Positions 1-13,433 of a stretch of 64,000 bases of DNA are shown in pieces (position 1 is the first letter of the stretch; each line of letters starts with the position of its first letter). Position numbers and translations under genes: made by a program. The stretch lies in assembly GCF_002105155.1 (NCBI RefSeq), contig NW_019028993.1, forward strand, positions 1-64,000, written 5' to 3'. The notes beneath the pieces were generated by a model that made no database searches, was not told the origin of the DNA, and saw nothing but the letters and a program-made list of their open reading frames with translations. The DNA comes from Lobosporangium transversale (lineage: Eukaryota).

Positions 1-1159
1 CACTTGCGCGCTCGTACCTCTGTATCCAGTCACATCAAACTGAGTCTGAGCGTTTGTTCAGTAAGGCAGGGCTAGTCCTCTCTCCACTTAGGACCAACCT
101 CAGTGATCGAAATGTGCGCAACATCATTTTTAGTCACAGCTTTGAGAAGATTCGGACTTTGTTAGACTTACAATGAAATAAATTAAGCGTTTTTATCTAC
201 ACTGCGCGTCAACAGTGTTGTATTTTGTCCACTACTTGTGAAAGTAGTATAAAGTGATTGGCAATATTAAGTTTTAGCTTTATTCTGAAAGATGCGTCTA
301 TATTTTGGACTCCATCAATGAAACTCGCTATATTTTAATGCTCAGACGGAGGCCCAGGCCGTTGTGATGACATAAGGACATCTTCCTTTGACTTTGCAGC
401 TTTTTTTCTGATTACTCATCGTAATGTGGTAATTCTTCATCTATTAATTCTCGAAGCTAATATCTAGAGGATTTACAAACCACTCATCAATTTCAAAGAA
501 TGTATTGATCAAGCAGATGTCGGGCGCGTTTCACCCCTTTCTTTATGAGAGCGTTCTTGAGAGAAGACAAGTCAACTAATAGGACATTGGATAGGCCAGA
601 GAGCAACTTTAACATGGCATTATGTTTAAATTTTACTTTGATATCCCGATGAGAATATGCTGTATCGCCATGCCGGTTGAAGAAATAAATGATAAAAAGC
701 TTTTTCTCATACCATTTTTAATGACTTACACTTAACATCTGCCTCAAGAATAAAGTATATATTCCACGGAGTGACAACCATGGTGCCTGAGGGATAGGGA
801 CTTCAGCATTGCTAAGCCAGGGCAAGACTTCTTTTACTAAGCCCAAAAAGAGTGGCAAGAGAAGAATCTAGTACAATTGTATCAGTGTTACTTGGCGTCA
901 CAGACGATGATTATTGGTCTTTAAGATCTTTGAGATATAGAGATATAGAAGCCTAGCTATGGAAGTAGAAGTTGGCTTTGACTATATATAGTCAACATTA
1001 GTAATAAAGAGAAAGCAGAGGCAGAGATGCCGAGCATTTACTGAATTATTAAAGTACATGGCCGCTTTGTGAGACAAGATCAGACAAATAAAGTTAATCT
1101 GTCAACTGTTCGTGGTATTAAGCGTGTTTATAGGGATGATGCAGAAGGTTCTCTGAGAA

Positions 1160-1236
1160 TTGAATGAGAATGAGAATGACAATGGCAATGGTAATGGTAA
1201 TGGCAATGGTAATGGTAATGGCAATGGTAATGGTAG
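1160..1236. repeat. Hexamer microsatellite (GAATGA then GGCAAT/GGTAAT units)
   Basis: Directly visible tandem hexamers; explains the spurious HYHYHC ORF at 1128-1436. Confidence 0.85.
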
Positions 1237-1307
1237 TGCGAAAAGAGAAGAAGCCTGTTATGCATGCAAATGATTGTGGATTTTTTTAAGCCTGTATGCT
1301 TTTTCTT

Positions 1308-1494
1308 CAGGTTAGCGCTGTTTGTGCAATAGGTTTGTGCTGTTTTCAGAACAGGTTCGCGCTGTTTTAGAAAAGGTTTGTGCTGTTTCAGAACAGGTTC
1401 ATGCTGTTTCAGAACAGGTTCGCGCTGTTTGGGCAATCAGCTTGTGCTGTATGGGCAATCAGCTTGTGCTGTATGGGCAATAGGTTTGTGCTCG
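1308..1494. repeat. Minisatellite, about 9 units of 21-22 bp
   Basis: Units such as caggttcgcgctgttttagaa, caggttcatgctgtttcagaa and tcagcttgtgctgtatgggcaa repeated head-to-tail. Confidence 0.85.
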
Positions 1495-1626
1495 TTTTCT
1501 TCCAGCACGTGCTGGAAACCAAAACATCACGCCCTTTCTCTTCAGGCTCAGATCTCTGACATGAACTTCGTCCTGAACTACACAAAAACTTCCCATTTCA
1601 TATTTCATTTCATTCTTAAATCAACA

Positions 1627-1950
1627 ATGGTCGTCCCAAGGAAACATCGTACAGTTGTTGAAAACATCTATCCTTGTGGAATGTAAGTCATTTATAAAAG
1701 TGCTATTACGTTATTATATAAAATAAAAAGTGTAAAGATAATCAACAGGTTATTCTACTTTTTTTTTTTTTTTGTCTTGCCTCGGAATTTGACATTGAAG
1801 GCTGACTAAAAAAAAAAATAAAAAAAAATACTAGCTGCAAAGTCAACCCCTACAAATACATCTGTCCAAGATGTAATCTACGATACTGCTCTGTGATATG
1901 TTATAAGGATCAGGTAAATTAAAAAAATATTAATTTGTTTTATTATATTT

Positions 1951-1996
<46 letters not shown>

Positions 1997-4158
1997 TCCT
2001 TACAAAAAAGCTTTGATTTCTATAATGATATACCTAGTCTCACACTCAGTGCACAGAGTCATTCTACAAAGATTCTGTAATGAGTGAGCTGCAGTCAAAT
2101 CCTACGATTCAAACAGAGGATCGAAAAAATATGCTTAGGATCTTGGATCGGTTCGAGAAACAGGCAATAGAGGAGGAACAAAGGATGGACATGTCAGAGG
2201 AAGAGCTGATGGAAAATTTGCAGAATCAATATCATCATCATCAACAACAAAATCAACAAAAACAAGGGCAAGATCATGATAAACAGAGCAGTGCCCCTAC
2301 TACTACTGGTACTACTGCTACTACCTTGCGGAGGAAACTGACGCAACAGGAGCGAGATGCGCTAATCCGCAAGGCAATTGAGGAAGAGCAGATCGAAGAA
2401 CGACGGAAATGGTCATTAAAAGAACATGAACTAGAAGGCGTGGATACACCAGCCCATCTCACTGAACATGAAGAAGAGATTAAACGAATGTTGGAGAAAG
2501 AACATCAAGATTTGATCGATAGGTTTCGTGGCGTAGATCTAGATAAAGAATCGTTCGTGAATATATGGGCGCGATTAAGTTTGGAGGAGCAACAAGAATT
2601 TCAGGAGATGTTCATGATCACAGAACTAAATAAAGGCGGTACATCCAATGAAAGCATTGGTGAAGAAGGCGATGGCGAAATCAACAACGATACTGGCCAA
2701 GAAGAAGAGCAAGAGGCAAGGGAACTGTTGCAAGAGATGGGAGAGACGCTGCGCAGAGGAGATGAGAGCCTCAAGAAACGTGATCGTAGCAGCAACGACA
2801 ATAACAACAACAACCCCGCTATACTAGCAGAGCTAGACGTAGAGGATTTGCGGGCCATTCGCGATGCAGAGATATCAGAGTTGATCCCAATCTGGCGGCC
2901 GTGGTGGGAAATTGAAGCAGAAAATACCGGTCATTTAAAAAAATCGACAGTTCCGGATACAGAAGAGATTACAAACAAAGAAGAGTTTAAACGATTGAAT
3001 GCTGGATCCATTCATGCTACTGCTTCATCTGAACCTAGTAATCTATCCAATCGGGCGACAAATATTCTCACTACCTCAGGAAGATTTCTGGAGAAGTGGG
3101 TGTTGGATGAAGAAGCCCTTCTGCGTCCTCATCGTTCCCTTATTCAAGATGCTTCCGAACAACAAGACCTAATGGCCGTCAAGGCAGGATTACCAAGCTT
3201 GATAAAACCACCTCATCCTTCATTGATTTATCACATCAGTGCGCTCATATTTGCTTACGCTGCTACCAGTCGAGTGCTGAATGGTGATCTCTTAGAAGAA
3301 CCAGAGCAAACACTTGCATATATTTTTGACCTTTGTCCCTTCTATTCACCCACCTCAACTATCCCTACTTCTTCATCGCTCAAAAAGCGTGCATCCGTTT
3401 CTGTACAACCAACGATTACGTCAAACGGTGATTCCTCAGCAAAATCTGCAGCTGCAGATGCAGCTGTAGCGCCTTCCACCGAAGCCGCAGCGACAAGGTT
3501 GACTACGCCTCAACAAGCGCTGGAGGTGTATGATTTTGAAACTACTCTTGCAGTCGTTCAGACATCTAGTCTTGATTCGAAGCTTTGGAAAGGCGATACT
3601 CTGCGACTCGATATGCTTTCGCTTTTGCTTCAAGACTTGGCATTACTCCTTACTCAGCCTTCTAGATGTTTAAGGAGTATCCGAGAGATAAAACAGACCT
3701 TCGATCCTATCATACAACTAGAGACACAGATCGAGTCAAAACCAAAGATATCGAGGCAACATCAGCGTGCTGTTAATGCTGACACGGGTGTCTCAGGTGC
3801 ACGAACTCCTAAAATGTTTTCGAAATCATGGCTGTTACGTCTGTATAAGAAACTAGAGTTTTATGAATCATATTTGCTGTCAGAGGAGTGGTTCCTGAAG
3901 ACGGACAGGCTTGATCGGGTGAGGGCGGAAGTGCTTATGACACAGCTTCGGATACGACAAGAGATGGTTGGCTGGACCAAGGAGCTAGAGAGTATCAGGA
4001 AAATGATGGAACAACAAAGGATTGAGATCCCTAGTCAGGTCAGTCAAGCCAATAGAGAATCTAAAACGCTTCTGAGCAGAGAGCATTTTGGGGACCTTGG
4101 CCAAGAGATCCCCAATCATGCATCGAGTAATAAGCCGTTGATTCAGGAACTTCCTTGA
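1627..4158 (+). CDS. Zinc finger HIT domain protein, ZNHIT2-like; exons 1627-1682, 1835-1913, 2038-4158
   Basis: GT-AG splicing gives CGICKVNPYKYICPRCNLRYCSVICYKDQSHTQCTESFYK (zf-HIT) in frame with the 692-aa ORF, which contains the WRPWW motif. Confidence 0.8.
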
Positions 4159-4480
4159 TCTGGGCGTAAAAAAAAAGATAATAACTAATAAAGTTTGCGC
4201 TAAACAGTGGAACCTCATCATGTCTGCCTCAAATAGTAATGGGATATTGCTGCGGTTTCCAAAAAGAAAATGCCAAGAAGCAAAAAAAAAGCGGCGTGAG
4301 TATTCTGTGTTACCCATTGCCAAACATTACAAGTGCATAATTGCCCTTTTCATCCCTCCCCCTATTTCTGCCCTCAAAAAAAAAAAAAAAAAAAAAAACT
4401 ATAAAAGCACTCTATCCGCTCCAGTTCTGTTTTTCTCTTTTCATATAATTTCTGTATCCATTAATCATCTTTTTAATACA

Positions 4481-4765
4481 ATGCAACTCAGCAACTCAAA
4501 AGTGCCCGCTACTCACGGCAATAGAGAGCAGCAGCAGCAACAAGATTCTACAATAATTCCAGTGACTTCAGGTCCTGAAGGCAACCCACCACCATCATAC
4601 TCTCAAGACTCAGATTCGTTATACCCATCAATTCCTAATGATGAAACTGAGCCCTTGATGAGACGCAGTGATCCAACAACCAGAAGTGTCCCCTTGCGAG
4701 ATCGTACAGAACCAAGCTTTGGTCGTAAGCTTGGGGATACTTTCCGTGAGAAAGGACGCAGTGAG

Positions 4766-4796
<31 letters not shown>

Positions 4797-6278
4797 CTGT
4801 TTTATTATTTTATTTTTGTGAGTGCTTTTGGCCACATGGACTTGATTGTCTCGTTTTATAATAGACTAACGTTACCAATGTTCTATCTACTTCCCACTTT
4901 CCATTTTTTTTTTTTTTTTTTTTTTTTTTTGGTAATTGTGTGCGTATTGAAGGGATAAAGCATTTGATGAAAGAATTACGATATTTGTGTTCTCCATACA
5001 GTTGTACCATCTTTGGAATCATTGCCATTGTTGTGATTGCAGTACTCGTTGTAAGAAATGGATTTTTATTTATTTGTTTTTTAATGAACGAAAAAAAAAA
5101 AAAAAAAAAAAAAAAAAGACGCTGGTTAACTCATACTTCATTGTAATATTCACTACCAAAATAAACATAGGTACTTGGTGTCACCAAGGCTGTAATCTCT
5201 AAAGGCAAAGAAACAGTTGGAACTCAACAGGAGTTCGACCCAGTGAAATACCCGAATTTTGTGCTCAAGCTTGGTCATGGAATTGTAAGTGTTTATTTTA
5301 TTTCTACAGCCTTTAGATCAGGAAAAGTCCCCCCTCCCCCTCTTTTTTTTTTTTTTTTTTTTTTTGTTTTTATAACTAATCTTTATTTTTTTTAAAAAAA
5401 AAAAAAAAAAATACAGACTGGGGATATTGTCATCACTCAAGCCAAGAGTAGCTCACAAAGAAACGTTCTTGTTAGTTCGTCCTCTTATGTCTCCACATTG
5501 GAGCTATCAAACCAGCTGAGCACATCTTCGGGACTTGACTCTGCGGCATTACGTGCCGAATTCAAGGTTGCTTTTCAAATGTCTGATGCTGATATTGATA
5601 GAGCTCTTCAATCTGGAACAGAGGCACAGGTCAAAGTTAAGGTTGAGATCCCATACCATAGGCTTCAATACCAGAGTATTGAGATCGACAATGCATACGA
5701 CGGCAAAATCTATGTTGACTTGGACAAGACAGCTCTACAAGGAGACTTGATTATCAGATCCAAACTTGGGGATGTGCTGGTTAAGAATGCTAAAGTTAAT
5801 CATGAGCTACGATTGGACGCACCTCATGGGCACCTGAAGGTCTCTAGCGCTACAGTGGAGGGTGTGGTCAAAGCTAGAGCATTGAGAGATATTGATATGC
5901 AATTGAGTACATCATGGAATCCCTCGTTGGACGTTCAAGTCACCTCCGAAACCGGTCAAGCACTTCTTGATTTGGTAAGTTCCTTTAATAACTTGAATTA
6001 TTTTTGGCTCATCAGGAACGATTTAATCAACTTCTTAATTTTATATCTTCCACTCCATAAAAAATTAGCCGAATCAATTTTATGGGCACTTCTCGGTTGT
6101 AGCGACGTCTAGTGTTAGACCAGTGATGGATGCTCCAGAAAAGTTCACCATTTTCCAAACTTCCAATGATCATAAAATTGAAGGATTTGTATCCTTAAAT
6201 GGTATAGAACCAGCACCTCTGCCGCGAGTCGAGATCAAGGGTAGCGCAGCTATGCTAAAGCTTCGAGGATGGGATTAA
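4481..6278 (+). CDS. Type II membrane protein with PPxY motif and adhesin/DUF4097-like C-terminal region (paralog A, multi-exon)
   Basis: ATG 4481, NPPPSY, TM segment TIFGIIAIVVIAVLV, exons joined at GT-AG sites, ends LKLRGWD* at 6278. Clearly homologous to the next gene. The domain call is inference. Confidence 0.65.
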
Positions 6279-6571
6279 TCTGTTTTTTTTTTTTTTTTTT
6301 TTTTTTTTTTGCGGAAGAGAATCTTTTTTTCTTACTTCGTAGCTCTATTGCTTTGTCAAATAAACGGTCATGTGATGAAAATAAGCTTTGTCTTGTGTGA
6401 CAAAGCCGCCTGCATTGCTAAGCCCAGGACTGCTTCTTAGTGAACCATAAGACCCTCGTCTTCCCTTTTGACCCCCTTTCTCTTTTTTGTTTATATTTTC
6501 ATTTCTCCTTCCTTCTTCCTCGGAGCTTTCAATATACTCACCTTCCTCCATCCTGTAAAATATTTCATCGA

Positions 6572-8088
6572 ATGGATAATCACAGCAATCAACAGGAGCC
6601 GCCAGCGTACTCTAATAACTCTCCTCCATCATATTCATCCGTTAGTCCTGCAAATAGGATCAATAACAGCAACAACAACACCAACAACAACAACAGCACT
6701 GATCCCGAGTCTTTACCGTTATTCAGGAATGCTGACCAAAGGCGAGTAAGGTTTTCAGGCCCGCCTGTTTTCGAGCAAGAACCTGGCTTCCTATACACCA
6801 TTCAGGAAGCTGTTAAGAAAATGGTGTACAGTTAAGTCGAATATGTTTTTTAAAGATCTAAATTGGCAAAGAAAAACGCCTTTTTTTCTTACCTTTTGAA
6901 ATGATTGTGTATCGATTATATAGTGATAAGATATGATTTTGGAGAATTTTGTGCTCGTATTGCGACCTGGTGCACCATTGCATTTATGTTGGGTCTAGTG
7001 GTAATGTATTCATAGAGACTTGTTAATGACTACAAAAGATGGAGTTTATTTATTTATTTATTTATTTGTATTATCATACCATTATTAAGATCCAATGGTG
7101 CTTCTCTGATTATTATTGCAGGCATATATTTTCTTCCATTATCTTTTCTATGAGGGTCCATACCAGTCCCTCCTAGTCATTAACTCAGAAAAGTATAAAA
7201 GCCTATCCATCAAGCTTGGTTATGGGATTGTAAGCTTTTGATGCTATTATCATTATCATTATTTTTTTTTACACCTGACTTCTTTTGGACATCTTGTCTA
7301 ACGCAGCATTTTTGCTCTAAAAATTTAGTCCGGTGATATTGTCATCAGTAAAACTTATAGAGATGGTGACCGCGACAGTAACTCTAATAGCGGCAATCGC
7401 AAAGGTGAAACCGGTGGGGTTATTAAAAAAAAAAACATCCTCATTGGCGCATCCTTGAATGCTTCCACACCAGAGTTACTCGAGGGGCTAGCCACTTCCT
7501 TAGTCCTCAACCATGTACTCTCAACAGCCGAAGCAACTATCTTTCTTCAAATGTCGGATGCTGAGATCGATAAAGCTCTTCAATCCGGGGGAGAGACTTT
7601 TGTCCGGGTCGAGATCATGTTCCCTCGAATATGGACAACGTATAAAACCATTGAGATTGAAAATTCATTTAAAGGGAATGTGCAGGTCGACTTGGGCTAT
7701 TTTTCTCAAATACATCTTGAGAATGATTTTATCATCAAGGCCAGAAATGGGGATGTGTCCATTACGAATGTCAAGGTAGATAGGGAGCTTCGAATTGATG
7801 CACCTTCTGGACAATTGAAGGCTGCGAGTACAGCAGTCGAAGGCGTCGTAAGAGCTAGAGCAGGGAAGGATGTGGACATGCGGTTGAATACGTCCAGGAA
7901 CCGGGCGTTGGATATCCAGGTTACATCTGATACAGGGCTTGCACATCTTGATATGGTAAAGCTTCCGATTGATGAGATGAGCGTAAAATTCTAATTACAT
8001 CCACCTCTGATTATCAAAGCGACTAACCATAAACCATTATGTTATACTTATACATTTTTATACATCTTTCACAACATCAATGACAACT

Positions 8089-8125
<37 letters not shown>

Positions 8126-8331
8126 AAAAGCCGAATCAGTTTTATGGACACTTCTCGGTAGCCACTACATCTACAAGTCCACCAAAGCTGCAATCCCCAG
8201 AATCATACACCACACTTCAAATATCCAATGGCAGTAGGATGGAAGGTTTTGTTTCCTGGGACGGCGCGGAACCACCACCACTGCCGAGGGTTGAAGTCAA
8301 GGGCAATACAGCTTCTCTGGAACTTCGATAG
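6572..8331 (+). CDS. Type II membrane protein with PPxY motifs and adhesin/DUF4097-like C-terminal region (paralog B, multi-exon)
   Basis: PPAY and PPSY motifs, a TM, and shared blocks with paralog A (FQMSDADIDRALQSG vs LQMSDAEIDKALQSG; PNQFYGHFSV; PLPRVE.KG). Intron positions match after KLGxGI and before PNQFY. Confidence 0.65.
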
Positions 8332-8367
8332 CATTTTGAAGTATCATGTCTAGTAATTGAGAGAAGG

Positions 8368-8399
<32 letters not shown>

Positions 8400-9039
8400 A
8401 AACAGAAGATCTCACACTTCCCTTGGCTTTATTACCTTCGAAAACGTAAAACAGTGATCCATATAAAGGAAAAGAGGAAGTAGAGGTGAAGTAGGTATAT
8501 AAAAGTTTCTATATATATACTCGGGTTGTTTCGTTGATACAAAAAGAGCCTAAACTCTTGGTATTTTGTTTGGTGCTCCTATCTTCGAAATAAGAGCTAG
8601 AGATGTGGATAAAGGACTTTATTCTGGTTGACTTTTATACTAGGAACAAAGAAACGTTGAGGTTGGTGATGAGTCTCTCACATGATCATAATAAATCCCA
8701 CATCAATTAGCCACTTCAGCCTGAATTGACATGTTACGCTCAGGCAGTACAAGCACATCATCTGGTTAAGTAACAGTGATGGAATGAATTTAACCCTATT
8801 TAAAGTTATATACAACTACATTATTTGTGTTCGATGGTTTGACCTTGTAGGGATCAAGCTCAAGAACAGGAGCACTGATAGCAGCGGCGCCTTGAGTGAA
8901 TCCACAATAATCCTGTAGTTCCAAAGACCTGGACCGGTAGGCTCCTCGATTGCATTGGACCCACGCCCCAATGCAAACTATTCAACCGAATCCAGTCTCG
9001 GAGGATAAAACGATGGCTTCAGGTTGTTCAAGGTGCTCC

Positions 9040-9460
9040 ATTGGCATCTCCTCCTCCCATGCCCGGTCCACTCTTCCTCAGAGTTTCTAAAATTTCTAAA
9101 ATGACCCCATATCCATGGATTTCCCTTTTCAAATGCGCCCACAATCTCCTTATAAAGTTGGGATCGAATGGATTGGAAGGGTATAGCAGAATTCTTCGTG
9201 ACGCTTTCGTTAACCCAATGTAGGTAAAACAACCCGTGACTCTCTTGGCGGTATGCTTGGGATCGTTGACTTGTTCGGATAAAGATTGCTCCGCATCAAC
9301 GCTGGTGCCAGCTGGCAATAGCTCGTCGAGGAGGATGTGGGAATACAACTCAGAGTCTAGCGTAGACTCGATCCTGGCCAAGTAATCTGGCCCACCCTAG
9401 GCCATACAGCTCCAAACCATGATTGACCTACCGTGGTTCTTGACTGTGGGCGTAACAATT
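9040..9460 (-). mobile_element. Degenerate Tc1/mariner (DD34E-type) transposase fragment
   Basis: Minus strand reads PTVKNHGRSIMVWSCMA*GGPDYLARIESTLDSELYSHIL...VNDPKHTAK...NFIRRLWAHLKR, matching the Tc1 motifs TVKHGGGSIMVWG, QDNDPKH and DLNPIENLW. Contains a stop and decayed catalytic motifs. Confidence 0.8.
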
Positions 9461-10560
9461 TTTAGAGGTCAATATCAGTCGACTTTACCGTTGGTCCCTG
9501 AAATATGATTCGATCATGAAAGGTGACTGCAAATAGTAACAATCAGTGGTAAGTCTGGGAAAGATCAAATATTTTATTGTGCCATCTGAGTCCAGTTCAG
9601 TGCAGTAACGAGGGTCTTTTATACTAATTTATGCGAGCCAGTACTGCGCAGCAAATAAACTAGTTCAATATATTTGCAGCTATGTAGACACATGTGACGA
9701 ATGTAACTACAAAACGTTCACAGTAACAAGAGCAAGGGAAAAAAGGACTCTAAGATATGATCCATAGATAACAATAAAAACTCAAGTAGAAATAACAATC
9801 AAATGCAACATGCGGACAGAATCATTGTGTATAATATGATCAGTGCTAACCTCAAACGCCATACGGATTTCTGCTCAACTTTACCACAACACATTCTGTT
9901 CAAAGAAAGGGAGGGAGAAATAAATAAATAAAATAAATAATGCGTAAACTTTTAATAGTCACCATATTCCATGGTAGGCCTATGAGGGAATATGAGATTC
10001 TATTCCCGTTGAGAAGTTGACTCGTAGCGGTTAGTGCGATATCAGGGCATTGTGTGTTGAAAATAGTATTCTTGCACCTCGTTTTGGGAATCTTTTTTTT
10101 TTTTTTTTTTTTTTTATAGCTTTTTAACTTTGCAAGCATTGGTTCCCTGAAAGTCCTTGTTATCAAAAAAAAAAGCTCTGCTGGCATTGGTACCTCTTCA
10201 AGACATAATTGATCTCAGTGATAAAAATCATGTGGCCTACTCTAAGCTCTTCACAGGAACGTCACTAGTTGGTTTTTAAGGTCAGTAAACAACTCCCTGT
10301 CCTGAGTATGTTCCTGCTAGATGTCTATGTGCATTTTGGATAGAAAGAACAGCTCTATCGACTGTAGGCACAAACGAATAAAAGGAGTATAGAATTTCCG
10401 TTTTTTTCCACGGCAGACCCTCTCGTATATACTTGATCACCATTTTCTCTTAACATACCGCCCTTTAGAGGGTAGGTCATCGAAACAAAGAATAATCTTT
10501 TTATTCTCACTATTTTTTTTTTTTTTTTTTATTTTTAAAAAAAAAAAAAAAAAAAAAAAA

Positions 10561-12352
10561 ATGTCGCCTCCACATCACAAGTATAGGCCTGCAAAAGCCA
10601 TAGAATTTTACAACAAAAACACGGTCATATTCTTGACAGGCGCCACAGGATCCGTTGGCAAGTCCATCCTGGAGAAGTTATTCCGTTCCTTCCCACAAAT
10701 CACAAAGTAGATGTCTCTAGTTTTTTTATTCTCCAAGCACATCAGGCTTTTTGATTGAGAAACAGACGCTAATAGTTCCTTTTTTTTATGGAAACATCAG
10801 GATTTACTTATTGATCAGGGTATCAGAAGGCAATACTATGAAGGATCGCATTGAAGAAGTAGTTGATAGTGGAGTGTTTGATATCTTAAAGGCTCAATTC
10901 TCAAGTGCACAAGAGTTCCAAGAAAAGATTGTCAGTAAGATAGTGCCTCTTAAAGGGAACATTTCTGTCTGTCACTTGGAGCTCACAGACAAGGATATAG
11001 CCATGGTTCGGGAAGATACTACGGTTTTCTTGGACTGCGCTGGTTCTGTGAGGCTTGATGACTCGTTAAACACTGCACTTGAGGTAAAAAAAATATAAAA
11101 AAACAAAAAAAAAATACAACAGCGGAAATACTCGACAAACAACGCGCAGTAAATGACTTTTTTTTCTTTTAGGCAAATACAAAAGGCCCACTTCAAATAA
11201 TTGAGATTGCCAAGGGCTGCAGAAATTTAGCTGCTGCTGTTCATATTTCGAGTTGCTCAGTCAATGCACCCATAGTTGGTCCACATAATGAAGAAACCAA
11301 CTATCCTATGGTATTTGACAATGACCTAGAAAGTATTTTTGAAATGCTGTCCACTAAGATGTCCGACGAAGAGATAAGAGACTATGAAAAATCTGTTGTC
11401 CTCAAGTCCTATCCCAGCACATACATATTCGCCAAATGCTTGGTGGAAGCTTTGATTATAAAACGATACAAAGACATGGCTCTCCCTATTGTCATTGTCC
11501 ATTCTTCCATAGTTTCTGCTGCTTGTCAGGTACCGGTTCCTGGTTGGGTAGAAGGCCACGTTGGAGCCAACAGAGTAATCACGGCTTACGCCCTCGGCCA
11601 AGTTCAAGAATAGATCGGTTCTGAGGTAAACAACTAGGAGACAGAAAACAAGGAGGTAATATTCACTAAACTCAAGGTCGGATATTAACGAAGGTTTCTG
11701 TCTTTGCACAATAACATCATAGACCGCTGAGTCGGACCTAATACCCGTCGATATTGTAACTAAAACGACCCTACTTTCAGCCACGACTGCTGATGGCACA
11801 CTCGCAGGGCCGCCCATATATCATATTGGTATTAAGTGCATTAATCCCACCAATTGGCGTACCTTCGGTATGTATGTGACTGCGTGCTGGCGCGCGGTTA
11901 AACGGCCATGTCGACGAGTCTCAAGTGACATCCGATTCGAGCTTTGTCCTGGCGCAGAATTCAAACGTCGATTTGATGTCCACTTTGGAGACCAGCTCCA
12001 AACTTTAGTTCAACACGAAGGAGATAGAAAGCTTAAAGCCCGTATCTCCTGGGTAAAAACTCTGCCCATAGCTTTAAAAAGCATTTTCACGTTCCAGTGG
12101 CACTATGACGTGAACAATACATTGGCCCTCGACGATGCTGCTCCTGTAGAGCTCAAGAGTCATCTCAGAAGAGGCATAGATTGGCACAAGTACATGGAGG
12201 ACTACAATGCAGGCGTACAAACGTTTATTTTGGGTGAGAAGGTCGACAGGTCCATTGTGATTGAATACCCAGCTGCATTGCGCTCAGAATTAGGCATAGG
12301 GAGAGAAGAAGACCCTGAATCAACAGCCAAGAAGAACGCCCCTAGGCTTTAG
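10561..12352 (+). pseudogene. Fatty acyl-CoA reductase (male-sterility/NAD_binding_4 family) with one in-frame TAG at 11611-11613
   Basis: Spliced reading has LTGATGSVGKSILEKL, the YxxxK motif (TYIFAK), PVPGWVEG and DLIPVDIV. GT-AG introns at about 10707-10800, 11084-11172 and 11626-11722. The stop falls in VQE*IGSE. Confidence 0.75.
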
Positions 12353-12463
12353 TATCCATTTGGATATCTATTTATTGAAACACTATGCATGCATTAAAAG
12401 TAGTTCTCTGGAAGTTGGGATTTCTTTATGCTCTTAACACTTAGTTCTCCCTAAAGGCAAGAA

Positions 12464-12495
<32 letters not shown>

Positions 12496-12942
12496 TGGCG
12501 CTATTGGAGATGTAGAATTGCGGTAAAGATTTGCTACTTGTTCTGGATACCCTGAAGTATATACCTTGGTGAAGGGCTAATCCACAATTTAATATCTACT
12601 ATTAGCCTGCCATAGACACGATCTGCAACTACAAATTACCAGATGAGCCACACAGTTAACTCAATGGTTTTATTCTCAAAAGATGAAGTAATAAACTATG
12701 TTGAAAGCTGAATCTGTACAGTTGATCATGCAAAAAGCCCAAGTGACACCATCCGTATGGCACGGATTTTTTTTCTATTTTTATACAAACTTTATAAGCC
12801 TAAAGAGGGTTTGAATTGAGTAGATTGTAGATCTTCAAAAGGCCGTATTTGCTCAGCAGTTGATTGTGCTTTTGTAGGGCAAGCAAGCAAGCTATAGGAA
12901 CGGATAGGCTACAATAGAAGGGGTAGAGCAAAAGCCTTGCAC

Positions 12943-13028
12943 CCAACAACAACAACAACAGCAACAACGATAACAACAACAACAACAACAACAATAATAA
13001 TAATAATAATAATAATAATAGTAATAAT
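12943..13028. repeat. (AAC)n-(AAT)n compound microsatellite
   Basis: Directly visible. Confidence 0.9.
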
Positions 13029-13222
13029 TTCTTAAATTAAGTGAGTGAAAAGGTACGCGAACATTTATATATACTATTCTTGAGTTATTTGGCTTCTGTT
13101 CTCACATCGATTGAATTGATTCAAGAAGAGTTTGCCGCTTTGTGTTAATTGTTGGATAAGCATGGAGTCAAGCATCCTCTGTGAGTCTGCCAATGTACAG
13201 TATACATATCTATATTCACATC

Positions 13223-13253
<31 letters not shown>

Positions 13254-13433
13254 GTTTTGATGAACTTTAAAGGACAAAGATTCTTCGCCCTGAGCTTTGT
13301 TTGGGAAATGTTGGGCTGTTGTTTTGTTTATTTGTCATATATACATGTGTACACTTGTTAATCCCTGCTGCTGGTTGTACAGCATAATGGCATTTGTACT
13401 CGAGTTCCAAAGTAAGGAAATGTATGTAAAGAA

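Noticed and set aside
1..1100. Possible decayed gene at the window start
   Set aside because: No sustained frame or recognisable motif could be read.
1128..1436. His/Cys-rich metal-binding peptide ORF
   Set aside because: Translation of micro- and minisatellite DNA.
1308..1494. CRISPR-like array
   Set aside because: Repeats are contiguous with no unique spacers, there are no cas genes, and the DNA is eukaryotic.
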